DNA of 64,000 bases, from positions 9,658-73,657 of the forward strand of contig JBGAGX010000016.1 of assembly GCA_044226515.1 (NCBI GenBank), read 5' to 3'. Each line of letters starts with the position of its first letter. Within the stretch, counting starts at the first letter, position 1. The notes under the pieces were generated by a model. It worked only from the letters and a program-made list of their open reading frames with translations, was not told the DNA's origin and did no database searches. Position numbers and translations under genes: made by a program. Origin of the DNA: Flavobacteriales bacterium (lineage in GTDB: Bacteria; Bacteroidota; Bacteroidia; Flavobacteriales_F; PHOS-HE28). Positions 38,231 to 47,824 of the stretch are shown here, one piece after another.

Positions 38231-39607
38231 CCCCTGCTCCGTGAGGGCGGGCAGCAGCAGGCAGGCCCGGGTCCCCTCACCGGGCGCGGTGATGAGCTTC
38301 AGCCGGCCTTGATGGACGCGCGCGATGCGCTCCACGAGGGCCAGTCCGATGCCGTGTCCGTCGGCGGAACGCGTGCCCTCGCCGCGGAAGAAGAGCTGCT
38401 TCGCGCGCTCCACCATCTCCGCGGTCATGCCCGGCCCATCGTCGCTGATGCAGATGAGGACCTCGGACCGCCGCGCTTCGACCAATAGCCGGATCCGACC
38501 CTCGCCGCCGTACTTGGCCGCGTTGGCGAGCAGGTTGTAGATGGCCGCGGTCAAAAGCACGGCGTTGCCCCGAACGGTCGGCTCCAGGTCCTCCGATTCG
38601 GTGCTCATGTCAAAGCTCACCGGCCTGTCGGGGTAGCGCATGCGGCACCGTTCGAGCGCGCGGTCGGCCACTTCGTCTAGCCTTACGGCGTCCATGGGCA
38701 GGGCCTCTGCGCCCGAATGCGTGCGGGCCAGCCACAGCAGCTGGTTGAGGAGGTCCTGGATCTGGATGGCCTGGTCTTGGATGAGCAGGAGCTTCGCACG
38801 CAGGTCCGGATCGTGCTGGGCGAGCTGCAGGGCCTGCTGCAGTTCGCCGCGCACCACGGTGAGCGGCGTGCGCAGCTCGTGCGAGGCGCCGGCGATGAAG
38901 GACCGTTGGAGCTCGAAGGCGTCCTCCAGGCGCGCGAGCAGGTCGTTGAAGGTGGTGGCGATCTCGCCGAGCTCATCCTCCCGGTGCGAAGGCGGGATGG
39001 GGATGCGCTCCGACGGTTCCTGGATGCGCGCCACCCGCTGCACCAGGGCCCTGACCGGTTCGAGCGCCCAATGGGCGTAGGCCCACGAGAGGAGGGCGGT
39101 GAGCAGCAGGGCCACCAGCCCGGCCATGATCAGCGTGCGCCGAAGCAGGGCCAGCGAACGGTAACCGCTCACGTCGATGGCGGAGGCCACGGTGTAGCGG
39201 ATGCCGTTCCGGAGGGCCTCCGGGGTGTCGATGATCACGTACTGGCGCTCGCCCTGTGCCACCCGCACACTGCCCGTGCGCGTGGCCTGGTCCATCCAGC
39301 TCTGCCGCACCCCGATGCCGGTGGCCTCGCGCTCGAAGAGGATGCGACCGTCGACCCCGATCACCGCGAGCCCTTCGTTGGGCAGCGCATCACGCAGCAC
39401 CTGGGCCAGGTGGCCCGCCACATCCACCGGCATGGTGCGCGCCTCATCGATGAGCCGCTCAACGAGCAACGCCCGGTCCTCCAGGCGATCGAAGAACTCC
39501 TCCTCCCGCAAGGCCTCGGCCCGCACATGCAGCACGTAGCCGAACGCGATGAGCAGCACGCTGACGAGCAGCGTGAGGACCATCGCCATCCGCCACCGGA
39601 AGTTCAT
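38210..39607 (-). CDS. HAMP-domain sensor histidine kinase
   Basis: Two TM helices with a periplasmic domain, DELGEIATTFN (HAMP), ASHELRTPLT, NLLANAAKY, DDGPG, GHGIGL. Confidence 0.93.
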   Translation of the reverse strand: MNFRWRMAMVLTLLVSVLLIAFGYVLHVRAEALREEEFFDRLEDRALLVERLIDEARTMPVDVAGHLAQVLRDALPNEGLAVIGVDGRILFEREATGIGVRQSWMDQATRTGSVRVAQGERQYVIIDTPEALRNGIRYTVASAIDVSGYRSLALLRRTLIMAGLVALLLTALLSWAYAHWALEPVRALVQRVARIQEPSERIPIPPSHREDELGEIATTFNDLLARLEDAFELQRSFIAGASHELRTPLTVVRGELQQALQLAQHDPDLRAKLLLIQDQAIQIQDLLNQLLWLARTHSGAEALPMDAVRLDEVADRALERCRMRYPDRPVSFDMSTESEDLEPTVRGNAVLLTAAIYNLLANAAKYGGEGRIRLLVEARRSEVLICISDDGPGMTAEMVERAKQLFFRGEGTRSADGHGIGLALVERIARVHQGRLKLITAPGEGTRACLLLPALTEQGSALHDQ

Positions 39608-40287
39608 GTGCCCGGTTCCCGCATCACGTATCCCATGCCGGTAACGGTGTGGATCAGCTTCTCGGTGAACGGCTTGTCCACCTTCTTGCGAAGCATGTTG
39701 ATGTAGACATCCACCACGTTCGTCTCGGTATCGAACAGCGTGTCCCACACCTGCTCCAGGATCTCCATGCGGGTGCACACCTTTCCCTTGCGCTGGAGCA
39801 GGAAGCGGAGCAACGCGTACTCGCGGGCCGTGAGACGGATCTCCTGGCCGCTGCGCGTGACCTTCCGTGCATCATGGTCCAGTACCAGGTCCGCGCACGT
39901 CATCACGCTGGAGGCCTCCCTGCTGCCCCGGGCGCGGCGCATCAAGGCATCGATGCGCGCCATGAGCACCACCAGGTCGAAGGGCTTGGAGAGGTAGTCG
40001 TCTGCACCGGCCTGCAGGCTGTTCACCTGGTCCTCCACCCCATCGAGCGCGGTGAGCATGAGAATGGGAACTTGGGGAAGGTCCTTGCGCAGGTCACGGC
40101 ACACTGCGATGCCGCTCTTGCGCGGCAGCATCCAATCGAGCAGGATGATGTCATACCCGTTGGCACGTGCCATCTGTTCCCCGCTTACGCCGTCAGCCGC
40201 AACGTCCACCGCGAAGGAGTGGGCCTGAAGCTCCTTGGCGATGAACGAGGCCACCTTGGGTTCATCCTCCACGATCAGGGCACGCAT
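39604..40287 (-). CDS. OmpR/CusR-family response regulator
   Basis: LIVEDE, LLDWMLP, MLTA, GADDYLSKPF, NVVDVYINMLRKK, TVTGMGY. Confidence 0.95.
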   Translation of the reverse strand: MRALIVEDEPKVASFIAKELQAHSFAVDVAADGVSGEQMARANGYDIILLDWMLPRKSGIAVCRDLRKDLPQVPILMLTALDGVEDQVNSLQAGADDYLSKPFDLVVLMARIDALMRRARGSREASSVMTCADLVLDHDARKVTRSGQEIRLTAREYALLRFLLQRKGKVCTRMEILEQVWDTLFDTETNVVDVYINMLRKKVDKPFTEKLIHTVTGMGYVMREPGT

Positions 40288-40322
40288 GGGACGAAAATAG
40301 GCGCCTTGCGCCCGGGGCGGCT

Positions 40323-40379
40323 CTCATTGCATTTTAATCCGGGACTTAGGAGCCGCTCATCGCCGGGGGCGGACGTTTG
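40323..40379 (+). promoter_or_regulatory. sulP promoter candidate with 11-bp-period repeats
   Basis: CTCAT-N6-TTAAT-N6-CTTAG (40323-40349) and GACGTTTG (40372-40379); CATTTTAATC matches dabA CACTTTAATC. Confidence 0.45.
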
Positions 40380-40423
40380 CGGCCCCGGAGCACGCTTATC
40401 GCCTCCGGAAGCCAGGTCGTACC

Positions 40424-42067
40424 ATGAAGGACCACACACCCAAGGACCGCATCGCCGGCCTCAAGGAGAACTGGAAGCAGGACCTTGTCTCCGGTTTCAT
40501 CGTCTTCCTCATCGCGTTGCCCTTGTGCCTGGGCATCGCGCTCGCCTCGGGGGTTCCTCCGATGGCCGGCATCATCTCCGCCGTGGTCGGGGGGCTTCTG
40601 GTCTCACAGGTCAGCGGCAGCTACGTCACCATCAATGGTCCGGCCGCCGGCCTCATCGTGGTGATCCTCGGAGCGGTGGAGAGCCTGGGCCGCGGGCCTG
40701 ATGGCCAGATCGACCCCATGCAGGGGTACCAGAGCATGCTGGCCGCCGTCGTCGTCTCCGGCGCGATCCTGTTCATCCTCGGCCGGTTGAAGGCGGGTAA
40801 GCTCGGCGACTTCTTCCCCAGCAGCGCCGTGCACGGCATGCTGGCCGCCATCGGCGTCATCATCTTCTCCAAGCAGATCCATGTGGCCCTCGGCGTGAAG
40901 CCCGAAGGCAAGGAGCCGCTGGAGCTGCTGGCGGAGATCCCGCACAGCTTCATTAACCTGAACCCGGAAGTGGCGATCATCGGGGGCGTGAGCCTGCTGA
41001 TCATGATCCTGCTCCCCCTGGTGCGCAACCGCTACGTGCGGATGATCCCCGCGCCCATGGTGGTGGTGCTCATGGGCATGTACCTGGCCCACCGGTTCGA
41101 CCTGGAACACGAGCACACCTACCTCTTCACCGATGGCCACGAGTACACGCTGGGCCCCAAGTTCCTGGTCACCCTGCCCGAGAAGGTGATGGACGGCATC
41201 ACCTTCCCCGACTTCTCCCGGATCCTATCCCTGCCCTTCCTCATGGCCGTTATCAGCATCACGCTGGTGCAGGGGATCGAATCGCTGCTGAGCGCAAAGG
41301 CCGTGGACAAGCTGGATCCGTACAAGCGCGAGAGCGACCTCAACAAGGACCTCAGCGCCGTTGGCGCCGGCAGCGCCCTCTCCGGGCTCATCGGCGGCCT
41401 GCCCATGATCGCCGAGATCGTACGTTCGAGCGCGAACATCAACAACGGCGGGCGCACGCGCTGGGCGAACTTCTTCCACGGCATGTTCCTGCTCGTGTTC
41501 GTGGTGGCCTTCCCCACGCTCATCCACCGCATCCCGCTCGCCTCACTCGCCGCCATCCTCATGTACACGGGCTACCGGCTCGCGGCGCCCCAGCACTTCA
41601 AGCACACCCTGCAGATCGGCGCCGAACAACTGGCGATCTTCTGCACCACCCTTGTCATCACCCTCGCCACCGACCTCATCATCGGGGTGTTCAGCGGGAT
41701 CATGCTCAAGCTGCTCGTCCACCTTTTCCGGGGCGCCCCGCTGAAGACCCTCTTCAAGCCCACCGTGGGCGTGCACTACGAGGCCATGGTCGACCGCTTT
41801 CAGGTGGACATCCATAACGCCGTGATCTTCTCGAACTACCTGTCCTTGAAAAAGTACCTGGACCAGATCCCCCGGGGCAAGGATGTTCGGGTGAACTTCG
41901 ACAACGCCACCTTGGTCGACCATACGGTGATGGAGCACCTGCATACCTACCAGGACAAGTACCGCAGGGAAGGTGGCACCTTCGAGATGTCGGAGATGGA
42001 CCACTTGATCCCCAATTCACAGCATCCGTTGGCCGCCCGGACCTCCAAGCGCAAACAGACCGTTTAA
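40424..42067 (+). CDS. SulP/SLC26-family inorganic anion (possibly bicarbonate) transporter
   Basis: DLVSGFIVFLIALPLCLGIALASG, INGPAAGL, GGLPMIAEIVRSSANI, IPLASLAAIL; STAS-like C-terminus. Confidence 0.93.
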   Translation: MKDHTPKDRIAGLKENWKQDLVSGFIVFLIALPLCLGIALASGVPPMAGIISAVVGGLLVSQVSGSYVTINGPAAGLIVVILGAVESLGRGPDGQIDPMQGYQSMLAAVVVSGAILFILGRLKAGKLGDFFPSSAVHGMLAAIGVIIFSKQIHVALGVKPEGKEPLELLAEIPHSFINLNPEVAIIGGVSLLIMILLPLVRNRYVRMIPAPMVVVLMGMYLAHRFDLEHEHTYLFTDGHEYTLGPKFLVTLPEKVMDGITFPDFSRILSLPFLMAVISITLVQGIESLLSAKAVDKLDPYKRESDLNKDLSAVGAGSALSGLIGGLPMIAEIVRSSANINNGGRTRWANFFHGMFLLVFVVAFPTLIHRIPLASLAAILMYTGYRLAAPQHFKHTLQIGAEQLAIFCTTLVITLATDLIIGVFSGIMLKLLVHLFRGAPLKTLFKPTVGVHYEAMVDRFQVDIHNAVIFSNYLSLKKYLDQIPRGKDVRVNFDNATLVDHTVMEHLHTYQDKYRREGGTFEMSEMDHLIPNSQHPLAARTSKRKQTV

Positions 42068-42251
42068 CGCGGTAGCTCTCACCGAACTCATGGTCCGGAA
42101 CGCACACGATCCAGTTGGATCGCCGCGCGGGCCACAAGGTTGCCGGATCGTCAACCGCACCACCGCTCCCGGACTGAACCAGGCATGGGGCCTCAACCTG
42201 TGCCGATCTTCGAGCCCTTTACATCTTGCCATTCAACAATGCGACAGGCCC

Positions 42252-43658
42252 ATGAAGTACGCCCCTGGCCCACACTTCCTGCCAACGAGACGCCTAAGAC
42301 TTGCTTCCCTCGGTGCGCTGATGCTCATCGGGCAACTCGGAATGGCACAGGAGAAGCCGCAGGAAAAGGAGAAGGACGACGTGTCCGCCCTGAAACTGAA
42401 CCTGAACCGGTCAGGAAGCCACTACTTCCAGGTCACCTTCCTGAACCAGGTCTGGCTTCGGTTCGACCAGAGCAACCCCGGTACCTTGGTAGAGGGCATG
42501 CCACAGGCCAACACCTTCGACATCGGGCTACGGCGTACCCGGATCCAGATGTTCGGGCAGATCACCGACAAGGTCTTTGTCTACTTCCAGTTCGGTCAGA
42601 ACAATTTCAATTCCCAATACAATTCGACCGGCAACCGGAAAGCGGCGGCGTTCTTCCATGATGCCTTGTGCGAGTACAAGCTCTCGACAGGGAACCAGTT
42701 GAAGCTGGGCGGTGGCCTCACCATCGCCAATGGGCTCTCGCGCTTCTCCCAGCCCAGCGTCAGCACCATCTTGACCATGGATGTACCGGTGTTCGCCCAG
42801 ACCACGGTGGACCAGACGGACCAGTTCAGCCGGAAGTTGAGCCTATACGCCCGGGGCCAGGTCGGTCACCTGGATTACCGCCTCGTTCTCAGCGACCCGT
42901 TCCCGATCACTTCCTCCGGACAGACCCTGCCCGCGATCGCTGACGAGGCCAACTTCGCCCAGAAAGGTCACCATATGCAGACCCAAGGCTACCTCATCTA
43001 TCAGTTCTTCGAGCATGAAAGCCACGCCACCCCGTACATGACCGGCACGTATCTGGGCGCGAAGAAGGTCTTCAACATCGCGGTGGGCGGCATCCACCAG
43101 GAGAACGCCATGTGGAAGACCGGGAGCGCGAACGACACCATGTACCAGAACATGGACCATTTCGCGGTGGAGAGCTTCCTCGACATGCCGGTGAACAAGG
43201 AGAAAAAGACGGCGATCTCAGCATACGTGGGCTACTTCAACACCAACTACGGCACGAACTACCTGCGCTATAATGGGATCATGAACCCGGCCAACGGCAC
43301 CGATCTCAATGCCAGCAACAGCATCGTGGGCCAGGGACCGACCTATGGCAACGCCTTCCCGATGTTCGGAACGGGCCAGGTGATCTATGCGCAGGTCGGT
43401 TATCTGATGAAGCCTTGCAAGAACGAGAAGTTCGGCAGGTTCATGCCCTACGCCACCGCCACCATGGCCAAGTACGATCGCCTGGGCGGCCTGGCGATGA
43501 ACGTATACAGCGCCGGCCTGAACTACTTCATCAAGGAGCACAGGTCGAAGTTCACGTTGGATTGGCAGAACCGGCCCACATTCGCCGTCGCCTCGGACAA
43601 GGTCATCAAAGGGGACCGCATGAACTGCGCGACGTTGCAGTATCAGATCTTCTTCTGA
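42252..43658 (+). CDS. Outer-membrane beta-barrel (anion-selective-porin-like) protein
   Basis: Signal peptide, DIGLRRTRIQ, FQFGQNN, NGLSRF, terminal QYQIFF. Confidence 0.72.
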   Translation: MKYAPGPHFLPTRRLRLASLGALMLIGQLGMAQEKPQEKEKDDVSALKLNLNRSGSHYFQVTFLNQVWLRFDQSNPGTLVEGMPQANTFDIGLRRTRIQMFGQITDKVFVYFQFGQNNFNSQYNSTGNRKAAAFFHDALCEYKLSTGNQLKLGGGLTIANGLSRFSQPSVSTILTMDVPVFAQTTVDQTDQFSRKLSLYARGQVGHLDYRLVLSDPFPITSSGQTLPAIADEANFAQKGHHMQTQGYLIYQFFEHESHATPYMTGTYLGAKKVFNIAVGGIHQENAMWKTGSANDTMYQNMDHFAVESFLDMPVNKEKKTAISAYVGYFNTNYGTNYLRYNGIMNPANGTDLNASNSIVGQGPTYGNAFPMFGTGQVIYAQVGYLMKPCKNEKFGRFMPYATATMAKYDRLGGLAMNVYSAGLNYFIKEHRSKFTLDWQNRPTFAVASDKVIKGDRMNCATLQYQIFF

Positions 43659-43675
43659 TCAACGGGCAGAAAAGC

Positions 43676-43709
43676 GAAGCCCGCCTTACAGGGCGGGCTT
43701 CCTTCTTCT
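43676..43709. terminator. Rho-independent terminator
   Basis: GAAGCCCGCC-TTACAG-GGCGGGCTTC stem followed by a pyrimidine tract. Confidence 0.75.
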
Positions 43710-43863
43710 CCCCATCTCCTTGCTTACGGGCTCGGACAGAGGCTTTTGTCTGCCTTCAGGCTCTGTTGCCTCCTGTGACCGGGGCGATGTTCTTCAGGTC
43801 GACGACCTGTTCGTTCAATTCAACGCAAGCCGCGTGCCGCATGTTTCGATAGGCGCTCACTGT

Positions 43864-44187
43864 TCATCCCAACAGCCCGCCGCTCATGAACATCACGAAG
43901 ACGAAGGTCATCATGAAGTGATGCACGAGGATGAGCACGCTCGCCAGCAGGACCACCTGCTTGCCGCCGCCCCCCAGCTCCGGAAAGAGCTTCCGGTTGT
44001 TCACGGCGATGATGGGCAACGGCACGGCCATCAGCAGGAAAAGGATGGCAAGCCCCTTCAGCACGATCGGATTGGCGAACAGGCCGAAGAAGATGTGTAT
44101 GTAGTAAAAGGCGAAACCCAGGAAGGACATCAGCCCCAACCGCAGGAACAACCTTGCCTCCGCGACCATTTTCTGACGTGTTTGCAT
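43864..44187 (-). CDS. Small 3-TM hypothetical membrane protein
   Basis: 107 aa with three hydrophobic helices; HH motif near the C-terminus. Confidence 0.65.
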   Translation of the reverse strand: MQTRQKMVAEARLFLRLGLMSFLGFAFYYIHIFFGLFANPIVLKGLAILFLLMAVPLPIIAVNNRKLFPELGGGGKQVVLLASVLILVHHFMMTFVFVMFMSGGLLG

Positions 44188-44260
44188 AGGGAAGACGCAT
44201 CCCTTGAACGGGGTTGCGTCCGCCAGGTTTCAATTATTCCTTGTTGGAGGCCCTGCGGCG

Positions 44261-44986
44261 CTAGGCAACCAGGGGCCTTGCCCAACGTCGCGCCAGGCGC
44301 ACCAACACCGCGGTGGCGAGGCCTGCGCCCAGCGCAAGCATCCACCAGGAGTAACGCGCCGGGATGTAGTCGCGGAGCTGTCCGAGCGCTTCCCCATCCG
44401 CCGCCACGCTGAACGCCTGCCCATGACCCCGCAGCACATGCGTGAGCGGCTCCTCGATGAACGTGGTGAGCATGATGGCCGACGCGAGCGCGAGCAGCAT
44501 CCATTCGGTCCGTCGGATGCCGGCCGCCGCATGGCGTTGGCGCGCGTCGAGGAGGAGCAGGGCGAAGAGCACCATCCCGATGGCCACGATGCACGGGGCC
44601 AGCACGGGCCCCACCCACGGCACGGGGATCAGGAAGAGGATGTCCCAGTCCAGCAGCGTCGCCGGCCAGCCGAGGATGGCCTTGAGGAAGACGTAGTAGA
44701 AGATGTCCCAGACACCGAAACAGAAAAGGAACCAGGCGAAGCGCTCGAGCGCCCGCCGGGCGATCATGGCCCCAGGGGCCAGCAGCATGATCATGGTGGC
44801 GAGCTCGCGGAACAGCTCGGTGACGGCGATCGTACGATCGATAGGCGCCACAGGGAAGGTGAACCCCGTGGGGTAATACAGCGCACGCAGGTCAACCACC
44901 ACGGCGCTCTCCAGGAAGGCCATGGCGATCGCGTAGAACGTCATCCACGGCAGGGTGCGTTGCCAGCTCCGTTCCATGGCGCTCAC
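44261..44986 (-). CDS. Hypothetical membrane protein
   Basis: AMAFLESAVVV.LR, RELATMIML, FGVWDIFYY, WDILFLIPVPWVGPV; GTGA overlap with the EEP gene. Confidence 0.8.
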   Translation of the reverse strand: MSAMERSWQRTLPWMTFYAIAMAFLESAVVVDLRALYYPTGFTFPVAPIDRTIAVTELFRELATMIMLLAPGAMIARRALERFAWFLFCFGVWDIFYYVFLKAILGWPATLLDWDILFLIPVPWVGPVLAPCIVAIGMVLFALLLLDARQRHAAAGIRRTEWMLLALASAIMLTTFIEEPLTHVLRGHGQAFSVAADGEALGQLRDYIPARYSWWMLALGAGLATAVLVRLARRWARPLVA

Positions 44987-45906
44987 ACGGCGATGTCGGC
45001 CACAAGGCCGCGGTGGTCGGAACCCGGGATCACGAAAGTGTCACTGCGGAGCACCCGCGCACCCGGCGTTGTGAGCACATGATCGATGGGGATCAGCGAA
45101 AGGCCGAGCACCGAGGGGAAGGTGGGCGCGATGGGCAGGGTGCCTACACGCAATCCACTGGCCGCGCAAAGGCCCCACATCGCACGGTCCCAGCTCACGG
45201 TATTGAGGTCGCCCACCACGATGCTGCGCTCGGCACGCGACCGCACCAACGCCGCGAGCGCCTTCAGCTGGGCGTTGCGCTCCCGATGCTCCGCCAGGCT
45301 CCCCGGCGACGTTGCATGCACGGTGAACACATGCAAGGTCCCCGTTCCCTCTTCGATCTCGGCCTCGATCACCGGCGAACCGCTGAGGTGGTGGACCGTC
45401 ATACGCGTCACGGGCCGCCGGCTGAAGAGCGCGATGCCATAGCAATGGTCGTTCGGCACCACCTGGGCGTACGGGTAGGCGCTGGAAAGCCCCTGTCGCA
45501 ATGCCGCGGCCCAGGCGGGGCTCACCTCCTGGAACGAGAGCACGTCGGCATCGCTGGCGAGGGCGAGGCGCACAACATCCGCATGGTGCTTGTTCGGTTG
45601 AAGCAGGTTGAACTGGGCGATGCGCAGACCGGCGTCGCCCCGTTCCCGCGTGGATCCGGCCACAGGCGCATCCAGTTGCAGCAGCACCATCAGGGCGCCG
45701 AGCGCACCGGCACCCGTCAACCAAGGCCTGCGCCGCCACAAGGCCCACGCAGCGAGCCCTGCGAAGAGGAGCGTCCATTCGAGCAGGAACGCGCGTGCCA
45801 GCATGGGCAGGAACGCATCGGGGGCGAAGGCGAGCACGCAGGCCACGGCGAGCAGTGCAGCGGCCGCCCGGACCTCGTGGGTCCGGGTGAGCGGTGGTAT
45901 CTTCAT
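44983..45906 (-). CDS. Membrane-anchored endonuclease/exonuclease/phosphatase (EEP) family protein
   Basis: N-terminal TMs; QFNL, FQEV, YGIALFSR, VH, GDLN, IDHV, SDHRGL. Confidence 0.88.
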   Translation of the reverse strand: MKIPPLTRTHEVRAAAALLAVACVLAFAPDAFLPMLARAFLLEWTLLFAGLAAWALWRRRPWLTGAGALGALMVLLQLDAPVAGSTRERGDAGLRIAQFNLLQPNKHHADVVRLALASDADVLSFQEVSPAWAAALRQGLSSAYPYAQVVPNDHCYGIALFSRRPVTRMTVHHLSGSPVIEAEIEEGTGTLHVFTVHATSPGSLAEHRERNAQLKALAALVRSRAERSIVVGDLNTVSWDRAMWGLCAASGLRVGTLPIAPTFPSVLGLSLIPIDHVLTTPGARVLRSDTFVIPGSDHRGLVADIAV

Positions 45907-46394
45907 GCTGGATCGGAGGTGGAAGCTTCGAGCTTGTTGATGAGCGAGCGCACGCGCCAGAGCGGCAGCGCACCGAGCACGCCGAACGAGGCGTCGACGC
46001 AGCGCCAGAAGAAGGGGATGCCACGCACGGGGGCCCAGAGAAAGGCGAACGGCAGCACGAGCAGGCAGCACCACAGGCCCCACTCGATGACCCAGCGGTC
46101 GCGAACGGGATCGCGCAGCGGTCCGAAGAACGCGATGCCGATGACCACATGGGCGAAGGCGAGCCAGTCCGTGCCATAGAACAGGAAGGCGTGCTTCGCT
46201 CCCACCTCCGCAACGGCATCTGCACTGCGCTGCGCCCAGGCATGCCAGGGACCCGGCCAGCCGCGGGTAAGGTCCGCGAGCCAGGCGGTGCCCCATTCCA
46301 GCGGCACGGCGGTAAGGCCGCTCACCCACAGGGCGGCGATGAAGAAGAGGATCCAGAGGCGGATCTCACGGCGGATGCGGTCCGGGGTGCGCAT
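45903..46394 (-). CDS. Hypothetical membrane protein
   Basis: SGLTAVPL, YGTDWLAFAH, GPLRDPVR, RGIPFFWR.VD.SFG; ATGA overlap with the EEP gene. Confidence 0.8.
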   Translation of the reverse strand: MRTPDRIRREIRLWILFFIAALWVSGLTAVPLEWGTAWLADLTRGWPGPWHAWAQRSADAVAEVGAKHAFLFYGTDWLAFAHVVIGIAFFGPLRDPVRDRWVIEWGLWCCLLVLPFAFLWAPVRGIPFFWRCVDASFGVLGALPLWRVRSLINKLEASTSDPA

Positions 46395-46396
46395 GG

Positions 46397-47821
46397 TCAG
46401 GCGATGGGTTCGATGATGGGTCCGGGCTTGCTCGCTGGTGCTGGTGCCGGTGCCGTTCCCGGCCGGCCCACCTTCGCCAGGATGGCCTCCAGCACGGGGA
46501 GCATGTCGTTCAGGTGGCGGGTCTTGATCAGGAAGTTCCAGACCGGCTCGAATTTCTTCCAGCCTGCGGTGTAGGCGAAGTGCTTCAGCCTGTGCTTCGC
46601 GCTGCCGTGCCGCAGGCTTGCGCGCACGATGTTCGACCAGGCGTAGAAGTTCCGATAGGCCCAGCGGTAGCCCGCCTCGAGCTCCGCGGGCGACAATTTC
46701 GCGGGGCGGTACACCACCTGGCGGGTGTCGTAGCGGTCCCAATCGCGCGTGGTGATCCGGCCCTGGGCCTCCATGTCGTTGAAGAGGCGCGTGCCCGGGT
46801 ACGGCGTGAGCACGTGGAAGGTGCTGGTGGTGATCGCGTTGCGCACACCCCAGTCCACGGTGCGCGCGAACACATCAGGCCCGTCGTCATCGAGCCCGAA
46901 CACGAAGCTGCCGTTGATCATCACCCCGTGGTCGTGCAGGCGCTGCACCGCGGCTTCGTAGTCGCGCTGCAGGTTCTGCTTCTTGTTGCTCTGCCGCAGG
47001 TTCTCCGGACTGAAGGTCTCGAAGCCCACGAACAGGCTGCGCAGTCCGGCGTCCGCGGCCTTTCGGAGCAGGTCACCGCGCAGTACGGAATCCACGGTGC
47101 CGGCGGCCTGCCACACGCGGTCCATGCCCTTCATGCCCGCGAAGAGCTCCGCGGCGAAACGGGCGTTGCCCAGCAGATGATCGTCGAGGAAGTAGAGGTG
47201 CCGGCCCGGCAACCGGTCGATCTCGGCCAGTGCAGCGTCCACCGACTGGGTGTAGAATCCCCTGCCGCCGCTGAAGAAGGCGTCCTTGTAACAGAAATCG
47301 CAGTGGTGCGGACACCCGCGCGACACCACGATGGAGTTGGGCACCAGGTAGCGGTCGCGCTTGATCAGGTCGCGGCGCACGGGCGGCATCCCCTCCAGGG
47401 AGCGCACGGCGCTCTCGTAACGCGGCTTCGGTCGACCGGCACGGAGGTCCTGCAGGAAGGCCGGAAAGGTGTGCTCCCCCGGACCGAGGAAGATGCTGTC
47501 GGCGTGGGGCGCGGCCTCCTCCGGCAGCGCGGTCACATGCAGGCCGCCCAGGCACACATGGGCGCCCTTGGCCCGGTAGTGGTCGGCCAGGGCATAGGCG
47601 CGGTAAGCGTTGGTGATGTACACCTGGATGACCACCAGGTCGGGCTCATCATCCAGGCGCAAGCGCTCCACATGCTGGTCCTGCAGGTCGACCTCATCGT
47701 CCGGGTCGAGGTAGGCGGAGAGCGTGGCCAGCCCCAGCGGCGGGAACAAGGCGTACTTGATCGGCCGCCAGAAGGGGCTCTCCGCTTCGGACAGGGCCGG
47801 CAGGATCATCTTCACCTTCAT
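46397..47821 (-). CDS. B12-binding-domain radical SAM protein
   Basis: PPLGLATL, GGLHVT (cobalamin-binding domain), SRGCPHHCDFC (CxxxCxxC), GFE, GSFVFGLD, TPYPGT. Confidence 0.93.
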   Translation of the reverse strand: MKVKMILPALSEAESPFWRPIKYALFPPLGLATLSAYLDPDDEVDLQDQHVERLRLDDEPDLVVIQVYITNAYRAYALADHYRAKGAHVCLGGLHVTALPEEAAPHADSIFLGPGEHTFPAFLQDLRAGRPKPRYESAVRSLEGMPPVRRDLIKRDRYLVPNSIVVSRGCPHHCDFCYKDAFFSGGRGFYTQSVDAALAEIDRLPGRHLYFLDDHLLGNARFAAELFAGMKGMDRVWQAAGTVDSVLRGDLLRKAADAGLRSLFVGFETFSPENLRQSNKKQNLQRDYEAAVQRLHDHGVMINGSFVFGLDDDGPDVFARTVDWGVRNAITTSTFHVLTPYPGTRLFNDMEAQGRITTRDWDRYDTRQVVYRPAKLSPAELEAGYRWAYRNFYAWSNIVRASLRHGSAKHRLKHFAYTAGWKKFEPVWNFLIKTRHLNDMLPVLEAILAKVGRPGTAPAPAPASKPGPIIEPIA

Positions 47822-47824
47822 GGC

